In this document: piece by piece, positions 14,801 through 31,300 of the stretch | Numbering within the stretch: the first letter of the stretch is position 1 | Layout of the letters: each line of letters begins with the position of its first letter | Source: Azolla caroliniana | Lineage: Eukaryota > Plantae > Polypodiophyta | Length of the DNA stretch: 64,000 nucleotides | Reading direction: 5' to 3' | NCBI GenBank assembly: GCA_043228905.1 | Contig: JBHGNT010000003.1 | Span: forward strand, 24,366,001 to 24,430,000 | Position numbers and translations under genes: made by a program | Notes under the pieces: generated by a model | Seen by the model: the letters and a program-made list of their open reading frames with translations, nothing else | What the model was told of the DNA's origin: nothing | Databases searched by the model: none

Positions 14801-15663
14801 GTGACAAGGAGAAACGACTTGTGTCCAAGTCTATCCATCATTTACAGTTTCTTTTCTCGAATACTTATTGAATAATGCTCTCCTGTTTCAAATGTTACCT
14901 GTTGTTGGCTTGTGATAAATTTTTTTGCTTTTTGATGTTTTCTTTTTTGAGGAATATTCTTATATAACACAGTGAAACAGTTTTGAACCTTTTAACTTAC
15001 AGCCATTGCTACGTATATTTGATCCAATTCTCAAAAATGCAAGCAAGGAGTTACTTCAGGGAAGTCACACACGGTCAGTCTCTATCTCAACTCCATCAAA
15101 CAGTGGCATTATGAAGTTCGCAAAGAAACAGCTAAGCTGTATTGGATGCAAAACCCCAATCAGGTCAGTGTTTGTCCCTGTGTTTAAAAATGCAACATTT
15201 GTGTAACCTTCATAATTGATGGAGTACATATTTTGGTACAGTGGTGAGGGTCAAACATTATGCAAACACTGTAAAGGCAGGGAACCCGAACTCTATCAGA
15301 AGACTGTAACAAATGGTCAGTGTTGCATAAGTTTTTAAATAAATAATGTATAGGTTTCTTACATTTAGAATAAAATCTAATGCTTATTTGTCTTCCACAG
15401 TCCGAGAATTAGAACAGCTCTTCAATAGGTTATGGACTCAATGTCAACGATGTCAAGGATCATTGCACCAAGATGTGTTGTGCACTAGGTGAAGCTTCAA
15501 TGCCAAAGCACATTAAACCATGAAGTTATGTTATATGGGGATTGTTGAAATTAATCCCTTATCTTGACATTGCAGCCGAGATTGCCCCATATTTTATAGG
15601 CGCAAGAAAGCACAGAAAGACTTGTCTGAAGCTGAGCTCCAACTAGAGCGTTGGGACTTCTAA
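2823..15663 (+). CDS. POLD1: DNA polymerase delta catalytic subunit (family B), 30 exons, ~1094 aa
   Basis: Hand-spliced exons: 2823-3099, 3740-3850, 3933-4039, 4126-4285, 4961-5156, 5578-5713, 5821-5958, 6050-6127, 6321-6412, 7966-8032, 8119-8190, 8306-8392, 10347-10466, 10544-10642, 11248-11355, 11446-11541, 11611-11676, 11748-11804, 12297-12384, 12449-12528, 12608-12721, 12919-13033, 13539-13711, 13862-13933, 14051-14125, 14211-14300, 15003-15163, 15242-15315, 15401-15488, 15576-15663. Total is 3285 nt, all introns are GT-AG and the frame stays open to TAA. Motifs: ExoI SFDIEC, Exo[10 protein letters not shown], ExoIII YCLKD, Pol A DFASLYPS, Pol [10 protein letters not shown], Pol [21 protein letters not shown], and C-terminal CysA (CIGC...CKHC) and CysB (CQRC...C...DC). 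Confidence 0.97.
5157..5577 (+). other. U12-type (minor spliceosome) GT-AG intron in POLD1 (intron 5)
   Basis: The 5' splice site GTATCCTTG matches the U12 consensus RTATCCTT. A TCCTTAAC branch site lies at 5561-5568, just upstream of the 3' AG at 5576-5577, with no polypyrimidine tract. Splicing restores the frame ...[16 protein letters not shown]...[13 protein letters not shown]. Confidence 0.9.
8780..9670 (+). mobile_element. Possible highly degenerate retroelement (LINE-like 3' portion) in POLD1 intron 12
   Basis: Interrupted Trp-rich coding-like stretch inside an unusually long intron (8393-10346). It is preceded by a (CT)n/poly-G tract and followed by a T-run. No diagnostic RT motif is visible. 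Confidence 0.3.
9944..10190 (+). repeat. Direct duplication of ~95 bp (two copies ~145 bp apart)
   Basis: tcttttcatcttatt...tactcagtaatatttatt...ctcaaagacgagacaacac...atgtaatctc occurs at ~9946 and ~10091. Confidence 0.8.
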
Positions 15664-16492
15664 GAAGCAATGCATAAACTGTTTTACGTTCGGGGTTTTG
15701 CTTAATCATCTCATGGTGAGGTACTGACAAATGTTGCTGGGCCTAAAGGACATTTTTATCCACGACATTGCCAAGGCTGTGTTATCCATCAGTCTACATC
15801 AGTGATATCCATCTGATATCCGTCATAAATCCATGCATATCCCAGAACTTGTCAAGATGTGACCATATGTACCATTCAACACCTATTTGAGCCTTAAGAA
15901 TCCAAAAGGCACTACATTTTCCGAGGTTGGTGCTGATGATTCTGAACACACAGCAGAAACAAAGAGAAAAGAAATCTTAAACATCAATCAGATGTATTAA
16001 CAATCAGATTCTTGTACATGTATTAAAATTAACATTTCAGCATGTATGTACTGACAGCATACCGAGAATTTGCTGGACACCTCTTACGCATTGGTTAATC
16101 ATGGCGTTAAGCGGTGAAGATCCAGACGTCGAAAGCTAATGATTACATTGTACCACTCACATGCATTGTCCCTAAAAATGTCTTTTGAACAGGGTTTATT
16201 ATAAGATGCGTATAAATATGACTAGATGTAGAGTTCAAGTAGATCAAGATACATGGCTGTGCAAACTAGCAAAATTGTTTACCAACGATATCTAGTTCGA
16301 GTAGGTTATATAGGTTGCATATACATGGCATCAGCTCATAACACAAATTAGCAAATAAAGGTTCTAAGGAATCAGTAAATACGTGTAACATATAAAGCTC
16401 ATGTGTATTTGGTTCTAACCTCCTTTGCAAGACCAAATGATCGTTGATCCAGACATTACTGGTATATGTCAAGTCTATATATCAATTGTTGG

Positions 16493-16860
16493 TCCAAATA
16501 TTAGAAATTCATAAGGCATTGGAAGGATCAGATGAGTGTACAATGCTAAAAATATTGGGGTTGCTCTAACGTGCTGAGGTCTCAAGATCATGAGACAAAA
16601 CAATACAAAAGAGCGTAAAGATTGAGGGTGACGAGGTGCAAAGATCCAAATATTAGAATTCATAAAGCATTGGAAGGATCAGATGAGTGCACAATGCTAA
16701 AAATATTGGGGTTGCTCTAACGTGCTGAAGTCTCAAGATCATGAGACAAAACAATACAAAAGAGCGTAAAGATTGAGGGTGATGAGGTGTAAAGATCCAA
16801 ATATTAGAATTTCATAAAGCATTGGAAGGATCAGATGAGTGTACAATGCTAAAAATATTG
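16493..16860. repeat. Tandem repeat, ~151-bp unit, ~2.4 near-identical copies, between the convergent POLD1 and KAR 3' ends
   Basis: The unit tccaaatattagaa...gcattggaaggatcagatgagtg...gattgagggtga starts at 16493, 16645 and 16796. Confidence 0.92.
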
Positions 16861-17315
16861 AAGGAAACACCTTCTTGATTAAATTACTCAATCCAAATAT
16901 TTATAATCAATGCGAGAATTACTCACAATTGCAAAATCATATGAATAGAAGAAAGTCAAATCAATCCAAACTTTTGGCTCAAGTCAATGGGCAACCCAAA
17001 ATGTTCTTGTTTAATAATGACTAATTTCCAATTATTTCCTATTGATAAATTATTGCTTGCCATTGTGATACAGCTAATTGAAAATGAAAGACTAAACAAT
17101 CCCACCTTTATAACATAAACTTTATGCTTTTGTGCCTGTTCCACGTCCGAATGAAATCTATTTTCTACACGACAAAAACCTCTGAATCTGTCGGGGAGAT
17201 TATGTTGTATATAACATTTCAACCATGCTCATGAAATTATATCTTCGAGTCATCCGAGTCATTCAACCATGCTCATGAAATTATATCTTCGAGTCATCGT
17301 CACTTTGTGTTGTTT

Positions 17316-22196
<4,881 letters not shown>

Positions 22197-23779
22197 GTGA
22201 GAGAGACAGAGAAAGACACAGAGAGAGAGAGAGAGAAGAGGATGAAGCTTTTTCCATGTAAATAATATGAAAAAGCATCATGCAAAAAGAGAGAGAATGG
22301 CTCCATTCCTTCCTTGGGCTACCCGGCCATTAGAGACTCGGACAAACCCCGGCTCGACCTCTCTCGTGCCCGCCTTACACTTGACTTCATTCGGGTTCCG
22401 ATCTAACCCCCCCATGTGCCCGAGATGATGATGGTGCAAGACATCGAAAAGAAAAACTCACCACGTGAATCCCGTTCGCTTGGCCCGAGTTTACTCGTAT
22501 AGAGTGAATCTTTCCGTACTACATGAGATGCATATGCACTATGTAGTTGTTTGCTACCGGCAATAAAAGTCCGATCTGCAAAGTTTGTGCGCTATAAAAC
22601 CTTAGCCTGGGTTTTTCTGGTTCTTGAAACATTTTGTATTATATAAGAAATTGTTGTTCTTCAAAATCCACCTACTCTCAAGATCTTCTGAAATTTAGTC
22701 CTTGTAAGGTGGGAGTTTTCTTTTAGTATAGCTATTTTATGAGACTTTGTTTTATGAGGTTTAGAAAAGCTATAACGAGAGCTATGCAATGACGTTTCTA
22801 ATGCAAAGGTAAAACTAGAAGCATCATTGTAATTGTTGCATGTTAACTAATATCGAATTATTCAAGAGAGCTTCACACCTTCAATTGTAAAAGCTTCATA
22901 CCAACTACAGTGCCATCTATCATAAGTACAAATATGAGCATTGGCTCAAAGCATTTATGTACAATGGCTCAATTATCTATTATAACAAATAACGAGCCAA
23001 TCTTATTTTACTTGGTATATCCAAAGGCTCAATCACATTGAACATATTACAAGGGTTGATAAACATAAGAACCAATCACCTCATTAGCAAAAATACTAGT
23101 CTACTTAAAGCTAATGATCATCTGAAATGTTTGGGCTCGAATATTAGCCCTCAAAGTCACTCGTTCTGTAGAAGCAAATAAGAAGATAAAGGAACGTGAG
23201 CTACAGTACCTAAAAGCTATGGTCGGAATACCTTTTACATCATGTCCATGGGATGTTGAAACCCTTTGACCTCCCACTCCTTTTCGATAGACTCGGATGG
23301 AAATAAAACCAATCCTAATACATAGTCATTTTCTTTATAGAATATGTTATATCATAACATCTTTTGTACCATACTAAAACTCTTTTATTTATGTTGTTCC
23401 TTTAGATGATTGGGTACACTTCCCATTTTGTTGTAATCAATTGTCTCATGAGCCAAATTTGGTCTTAAAAGACACTAATATTTCTTTCTTTCTAATATGT
23501 GCACTAGTTATGATAGGTCAACAAAGTGCAATTGGCTTAACTTTTGGTTTAATAGCTCTTATTTCGTTTCATCCCTCTCTTTTTTATTATAATTACCTTA
23601 CCCTAATGGTAAGTTGTTACACTACTTGTCTTTGAGACCCAATTTCTCACCTCTTTATTACTCTATACATATACTCTTAATTTACTAGATGCCACTCTCA
23701 AATGTAACGGTTGAACTTGTGACCTCCTAGCCTCCATTTGGCAACCTTACAAATAAGCTACCTCCATTCTCTCACTCTC

Positions 23780-24990
23780 TTTTTCAGTAACATGGGGGTT
23801 AAGCAAGGATGTCCATTATCACCTACCCTATTTGGTTTATGCATTGATAAATTAGAAGAAAACAGTGAACAGGGTTGCAAGAGAAGAAGGATTGGATGCC
23901 CCAAAACTTATCAACAAGTTATCTTATTGCTTTTATATGCAGATGATGTGGTTATCTTTTCATATGATGTTGATGGTATGCAACATTTACTCGGAGCATT
24001 AGAAACATTTTTTTCAAAATAGTGAACTCACTGTAAATGTGGATAAAACAAAAATGTGTGTAGTGCGAACCATCTAGACTCACCAATAGCCATGTTTACA
24101 TATAAGGGAAAACATGTACAATTTATACAAAGCATCAAGTATCTTGGTATCGATGTACCTACCACAAATAAATTGAGCATATGCTTTGAGTTTAGACTTC
24201 AAGCTGGTTGGAAAAGTTATTATATGTTGGAACATAAATGCAACCATAGTGATATTTATGGATGGGAAGTGAAACTAATGTTATTTAATGCCACGGTAAC
24301 ACAAGTTTTGATTTATGGAGTGGATGTGTGGGGAGACACTATCTCTCTCTTTATGCATGGAATGAGATTGAGAAGATTCAAGCGATGGTTTTAAGGAGAC
24401 AATTAGTAGTTAAATCCACCACCTCCTATCAAGTTATGTTCTTGGAAACAACTATTCTACCCATAGAGATAGTGGTGCTACAAAGAGTATATAGATACAT
24501 TACAAAGTCAAGAATATGCCAAAACATAGATTACCACATTTTGCTTGGAATGTTGGATGTAAACTTCAAAAGAATCATAAGAACGGAATTCTCTCATCTA
24601 ATTGGGTAGTTGACACCCAAAAATGGTTCAAAAGATGGGATGTGGAAGATCTCTTAGATCTTTCGAGTGATGCTATGAAATATGTAATTACTGAGGAAAG
24701 ATTAATGGACCCACCAAGGAATAAGTGGAAAGATGCTAATAGGACAAATTTAGAATATTATATTGCAAACATCAATCTTAAATGTTGGGTTTTATATATG
24801 GCAATAAGGCTTATTGATCATATTCAACCTTACATCAACATGAATATTAGCTTTCGTAGAGCCCTAACATACCTTTGCACTCGATCATGCAACCTTGGTA
24901 TTGAAGTTGCATCATAGAATCAAAATCAGCCAAATATAAGGCATGTGAGGAAGGGCTAGTAGAGGATGAGTATCACTTGCTTATTACATT
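23780..24990 (+). mobile_element. Degenerate non-LTR retrotransposon (LINE) reverse-transcriptase fragment
   Basis: GVKQGCPLSPTLFGLCID, LLYADDVV, IKYLG, RLPH and a C-terminal EDEYHLL motif are spread across frameshifted ORFs 23738-24022, 24056-24394, 24328-24609 and 24516-24917. Confidence 0.9.
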
Positions 24991-25399
24991 GAGACTTGTA
25001 GGAATATCCCTTCTTAGGAGGGAGTACACATCAAGATAATCGTTGTACTTAGGTCCTACAGATCAATATTGGCCTCTTTGCGGATGCTAAATGTGTGTGT
25101 GTGTGGAAACAGACAATTATATTAATTTTATGTAAAATCCACTTGTTACAACTTCTTAGTCTCCTCTACCTAACCTAACCTACCTATGTATGGAAAAAAA
25201 CACTACCACGAAGATTGACTTACAACAAAATATAGATAATAGGACCCTTCTAGGGATCTAAATATTACTACAAGTACGAATTCAATCCCATCCTACACAC
25301 CAAATCAAATGTCAAATATGTAGATATGGGACCTTGCAAAGTTCTCTCTCTTTAAAGTTGAAAGTTCATGACTTCTCTAGCATTGTCAATGGCCACAAA

Positions 25400-26450
25400 A
25401 GAAGTTCTTTTAACTTTACAACATATTTTTCTCGCCCCAACTTGTGAATCAAAAGTGAAGGCATTATGCATATTCCGATTGAACCATAACCCTTAATATT
25501 TCAAGAACTCGAAAATATTTTGGAAATGAGGCATTCGTTCACTGTTCTCGACATATGCAAGAACCCAACTAAATGAAGATAGTCTCTTGTAACTCCAGTT
25601 AAAGACATCCACACTAAATAATACAGCTCCAAACCATTCTAGCCATTGGGCATGAAAGAAATGTATACCTACTATGTTCCAACTCCATCGAATAAAAGAA
25701 ACACATTCCTCTAGCAATGTTTCGTTTGCTTAATGCATCCCCCAATGTTAAGGTTCCAACCATAACTCCTCAAACTAATACCTTAGCTCATAGCATCAAT
25801 CAAGAACACCCACATGCCTTTATTACATGAAACCACCAAATAACGGGCTTACAAAAACCTCATATCTTTATAACCCTTTCTTCCATTCACTTATGTTGGT
25901 CAATTGACTTATGATAAGCATCATTTGTTGATATCATAACGAATCTCCGGTTTCCAACAAATGTCCAATCAAGCTCTTGAGATTCCCCATCTAAATCAAG
26001 ACTTGGCCCATATGATGATAATAATCCTTGCAGCTTTTACCAAATAAAGGAATAACCTCTTGGAATACGAAATATTGATCTTGTTGTTCAAAAAGCCATT
26101 AATATTCTTTGTCACACCAACATAACATCATTGGTTGTTACCAAACCCAATCTAGCCATCTGATAAATTGAAGGTTAAGAAGTTGTTTACCTTTCCATCT
26201 CAACAACCTTGATGTCACCAGAACCTCCATTTGTAATTAATTTACACATCCCCTTTCTTGTGGAGGATGTCATTGCACAAACTCTGACGTACTTTGTTAA
26301 GATGTCAACAAATGACTAACTATCAACGATCTTGCATATTTGTCATCCTTTCCAGAATTAATGACATTCCACCAATTAGCTTCAACCGTGATGTTTCCCA
26401 ACCAAACTCCCATCTTCTCTATAAAGTGTGCCACCATTTCTATCCAAGGT
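25400..26450 (-). mobile_element. Degenerate L1-like LINE 3' fragment (zf-RVT-like)
   Basis: Minus-strand translation near 25620-25700 gives C..YSMELEHSRYTFLSCPMARMVW, resembling the ExxxHLFxxCxxAxxVW zinc-binding motif of plant L1 ORF2. The rest has many stops. Confidence 0.5.
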
Positions 26451-27136
26451 CACCCCCCCCCCTCTCTCTCTCTCTCTAGGGAAAACACACAATTCTACTA
26501 ATACTTGCATGTGAAAACCATTGCATTAGTGTTACCGCTACATGGGTGGTGAGACATGTTGAATTGCTAGTAGGCAAGACAATACGATGTCCATCTTTGG
26601 TTTCAAGTTGACCTCTATGAATTTTTCAAATGACCACTATATTAGCGTTAATAATGTCAACACAACAAACTTGTTGGATCTAAGATATTTAACTTTGATG
26701 AGCAAACAAACATTGTGTGAAGCAATGACAACTATCTCTCACTTAAACAATGCAGAAGAAACAATTGCCTATTGCTAGTTCGCAACTTCGAATGAAGACC
26801 TTCACTAACCACGTATCAAGATATGTCATCCATAATTAGAGTTACGGACCTTTCATTCTTGTTAAGGCTTTAGATTATAACCATTGAAAAGATACAATGA
26901 AACAATGGTATAGAGATTAGTAATCACTTGTGAAAACAACATCTAATCCCATAAATGCTAATCAACCCACAATTGCTTATGGGTTTGTATAGATAAAGGA
27001 ACTTCATCGATGTTTTCTCTCTTTCACACTTACACGCATTAACAATGCACATAGTTAAACAAACATTGTTAGGTTATTCTACAGGCCCGCTCTCCGTAAA
27101 CAAAGTGTAACTATTGTTGAGAGAGCATAGGAATGC

Positions 27137-27415
27137 CAACAAGGACAATGAGTTGATAGGAAGAAGACAATTGCATACAATTGCTAGATCATGGGGATTA
27201 TTTGCTCATCACAATTGATGTGTTCGATAACATCCATACGAAAACAACCAACATTGGATATTGTGTCCCCTAAAAACTACCCACCCAACAACAAAGACAA
27301 TGAGTTGATAAGAAGAAGACAATTGCAGACAGTTGCTAGGTCACAATTGATGTGTTTGATGACGTCCATATGAAAACAACCAACATTGGATATTGTGTCC
27401 CCTAACAACCACCCA
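27137..27415. repeat. Tandem duplication of ~150 bp
   Basis: caacaa(g/a)gacaatgagttgata(g/a)gaagaagacaattgca...caaccaacattggatattgtgtcccctaa is present twice. Confidence 0.85.
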
Positions 27416-28904
27416 TGTCGTGCAAAGTAGTCATGTACTTCGTGCCTATAAAATCATCTCAGTAATCATTAACAATAGTAAAGTTGCCTCAAGCATTAAG
27501 ATCATTGTCATGGTCCATGGATATTAAGGAAACATAGATAATTGTAATTTTGTTTTAGTATGAATAAACTCAAGTTGTCCATATTTGTGGCCTATTTACT
27601 TCTCTTGATGAGCGTGTACTTTATCATAACGACAAAACTAGCCAAAGGGACGAATGTAAAGACAATACACATTTTAATGATAATACATGTTAGACCATGT
27701 TGTTCTTTACTTTATATGGACATTATGATTTTATATTTGCATCAATCATCATTTAAGTTTCTTGGATTTATAAGCTTTAGTTTGAAAGTGATTTTACCTT
27801 TCAAAGATCATTCTTCATTTAAAGGCCACTTTCTTTCGATATTTCAGGTTATTTTAAGTTAGGGTTAGATCCTTCCACTTTGCGGTTGTTTATGATCAAT
27901 TTCAACATTAAGAAAAAGGAACTAAAAAACATTGATTGTTTGAAATCTAATATGACCGACAATCTTTCCTACTATTTTTGCAATTTTGAAATATATAGAA
28001 CAAAAGACCTTATTGTATAGCATTTCTTTCACACATAGAAGCATTTATATTGCCGATGTGGCGCATCCAAATAGAGTAGTCTTATCAATATTATTGTCAA
28101 CATGACATGTTGTTGTGAGTACATTAATGATATTGATCAATAAGGTCATAATACAAAGTCAATCTTAGTAGCACTTGCCTCAAGTGAATATAGACATTGT
28201 CATAGTAAATAATATTTTTGTGCATATCAAGTGACCCTTCAAGAAAACTTTAGCGTTAGGCCTTCCAAACAAGTAGTTTCTTTTAGTAGTGTATATCATA
28301 GTTGTGTTGTGCAAGTAAGTGAAGATAAATTGAGAGAGAGAGAGAGAGAGAGTTATGTATTTGAGTGATTTTAACATGGCATTAAATTTTGTGAGTGATA
28401 ACCCTAACTCAAATGTTAATCGATTTCACATCATCAACTTCCAACTTAAGTTTTTTAGTAATTCAAGTATGAGAACATGCATACAAGTAGTATTTGTTAT
28501 ACATAGACATTGGAAATGAGTAAGTTACTTTCTCACTGCTTTGCATTGCATAAAAAAGGAATGCACTTTGGGTATTGTCGAAAATTCTGAACCATGGCCA
28601 ATATGGATTACTTTAGTTGGGTAGTATACAGGTTTGGAGATTCCGATGATTTGGGTGTTGGAATGGGGGGGTTTATTATATGTTTTGCTTATATTAGAAA
28701 ACTCGCGTGCAAGAGTTACGATTCCGTGTGCAAATGTTTCTTTCTCTCTATACAGATTTGTTTCATTTTTCCTTAGAATAAAAACCATGAGATACATAAT
28801 TAGGGGTAATGAATACAATTTGTTTTTAGTAGGAATTGGTTAGTTACAAAAGAATGATCCAAATGATAGGATTAATGATGGACAACATGTATGTGGTTCG
28901 TCAC

Positions 28905-31142
28905 TCAGGATAAAGAGGCTTGAAAGGAGACCTTGGTATTAGGGAGCCAATTAGACCCAGATATGAAATTTTGGACGGTAAATACATTCGCATCAACCTT
29001 CGACATTGCCGTCCGCACACCTTTCCATGCCACGCGTCCCCCCGTCTTCGCTCCATCGCCGGTATTTTGATACTCACCATAATACAATGTGTCGGTGTAA
29101 GGATTGGTCGGATCCCAAGGTAGCCAACCCGCAGGGTCAATGGCACTCGAGATGCTGCATTGCATCCACACCGTTCGGGAGTAGGCCTTCCAAGGCCTCC
29201 CGAAATAGCTTTTCACACTGTAGGCCGATGCGAGTAGGTCTTTGTCTGCGGCCACTGTGCACAAGTGGAAGCTAAACCCACTCACGTCGTCCGACACTTT
29301 CCGGCCCTGTGCCGTGAATGTGTTCTTCTGGTTGGGCATTGGCTGGCGGCCCAACACATTGCACTTTTGGAAGACGGCGATCGCGTTCCCGAAGATGAAG
29401 TCGACGGTGCCACGGATGGTGCACCCCGTGTAGAACTGCCGGTTCGCCAACGCGTAGAGCGTATCCTGGTAACCGTCGAACCCGCACGAATCGAAGACCG
29501 CGTAGTCCGAGTTCACACGTAGGGCAACCGCCTGGTGGCCACTCGGCCCGGCTGTGTTGCGGAAAGTGATCCCTCTCGCGATGAAGTACGGGGGCGACAC
29601 AGCTGCACAATATCACAATCCCAAACTAGAAATTCTTAATTCCCAGATTATGCATATATACATTGATCTATGAAGGCAGGCAAAAAAGCTTTGAAGTATG
29701 ATAATGAATGGGGCACTACCACCAATGAAATCTCTAGTGCTAGTAAACCCGAGAAACTAGATCGAAATGTCCCTTGTATTACCTACGGTGGCGGAGTTGT
29801 AAGTGGTGCTCCCACCCGTGAAACTTTTGCTTCCGGTGATGATGGTTAGCCCTATGCCGTCTCCGATGAGTGTCAAATTCTTCATCGATTTCGGTATCGT
29901 AACGTACTCGCTATACACTCCCTTCTTGATGTAGATGGTGAAAGTGGTTGTTCTTTTGGAAGGAACATTGGCCAAGGCTTCTTTTATGGTCTTGTATTTG
30001 CCACTCCCATCTTGAGCCACGATGATATCGGCAGTCACCGCACTCGTAGCACTTTGAAGCATTCTCCGATCGGATTCCGATAACCAATCGGGGAACCCAT
30101 CGGCATTGTTCAGATTCATCATGTTATGTTGGTCATTGTTCAGATGCATCATGTTATGTTGGTCTTCAGATGGGATTGATGAGAAGTGATGAGCATCAAT
30201 AATGTGACCATGGGATTGTGATGAGATGAAGCTACCGGCATTGGAAGGGTCTGAATCGAAATTGAGGAGCCGGCGGCGTCTAAAGTGGAGTTTTTGAGAC
30301 ACCAAGTCTTTCCAGGAGGAGACATCAGTCCCGAGATTAGAGAGCGCGTTTACGATCCCCAGCACGATGATGATCCCTTTCGAGACCTTCTCTTGCGAGT
30401 CGACGAGTAGAACCCTCATATTATCATCGCCACCAGAACTCGAGACATTGGTAAAGACATCCGACAGGCCCTCAGAGCATGCCAATTGAAAACCCATGGT
30501 ACCACTCAATTGGGCCTTGATATTGAAGAGCTCGGATTTCAGCGCGAGCAAGCTGAGCGATTTCAGATCCACCACAGATGAGTTAAGTTGATCGGTCGAG
30601 AGGTCCATTAGCTCGATGCAATCATGGATGGACTGCGAGAGCGCGGACGAGTTCTTCAGAGTAGCCGCAGTGGACAATAATACTGATACCGACTCGTTGA
30701 TGAAGGATCCAGCGAGGCCGAGGGCTATGGTGGCCAATTGGAGGGGATTGGCCGAGAGAGCCCCTGGTTGGGACGAGAGCCAGTCGAAGCAGAGCTCCGG
30801 GTAGAGTGTGGCATTACACGCGGTTTGGATCGCGGCAGTGCCGGACATAAGGTCATCCACACTGCCGCTTCCGTGGTCCGGATCGGAACTGTTATTATGT
30901 CTCGCACGCACTGCCAACAGGATGCATAATGCCGCCAATAAGGAAACCACCAAGACCCCGCAAATCACTGCGAAGAAGCAACGGGCCTGCGATTTCTTGA
31001 TGTTGGTATTATTCTCGGTGTAGCTTGATTCGTATTCGGGATTCAGCTTCACAGAGTCGAGCTTCCCGTACGCGCGGAGCGAAGAATTGGATCGCTTCGA
31101 GAAGCTGAGCACGCGCGGCATCACGTGGTGATCCACTTCCAT
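28905..31142 (-). CDS. Type I pectin methylesterase (TM - PMEI pro-domain - PME catalytic domain), 2 exons, ~685 aa
   Basis: Exon 1 is 31142-29783, the GT-AG intron is 29782-29603, and exon 2 is 29602-28905. It has an N-terminal TM helix, PMEI cysteines (CNATLYPELC, HDCIEL, LACSEG), and RRRRLL and RRML processing motifs. PME motifs: DGSGKYKTI, GVYSE, QAVAL, YQDTL, DFIFG, FGRPWK, GW, YGEYQNTG. Confidence 0.96.
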
Positions 31143-31160
31143 GATTATTTACTTCAATTT

Positions 31161-31300
31161 CTTCCAAGAATTAGGAATGCTAATGATTCCTCCAAGAATT
31201 AGGAATGCTAATAATTCTTCCGAAAATTAGGAATGCTAATAATTCCTCCAAGAATTAGGAATGCTAGTGATTCTTCCTAGAATTAGGAATGCTGATGATT
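31161..31300. repeat. 28-bp tandem repeat x5 immediately upstream of the PME start codon
   Basis: The unit ccaagaattaggaatgctaatgattcct occurs five times with few substitutions. Confidence 0.92.
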
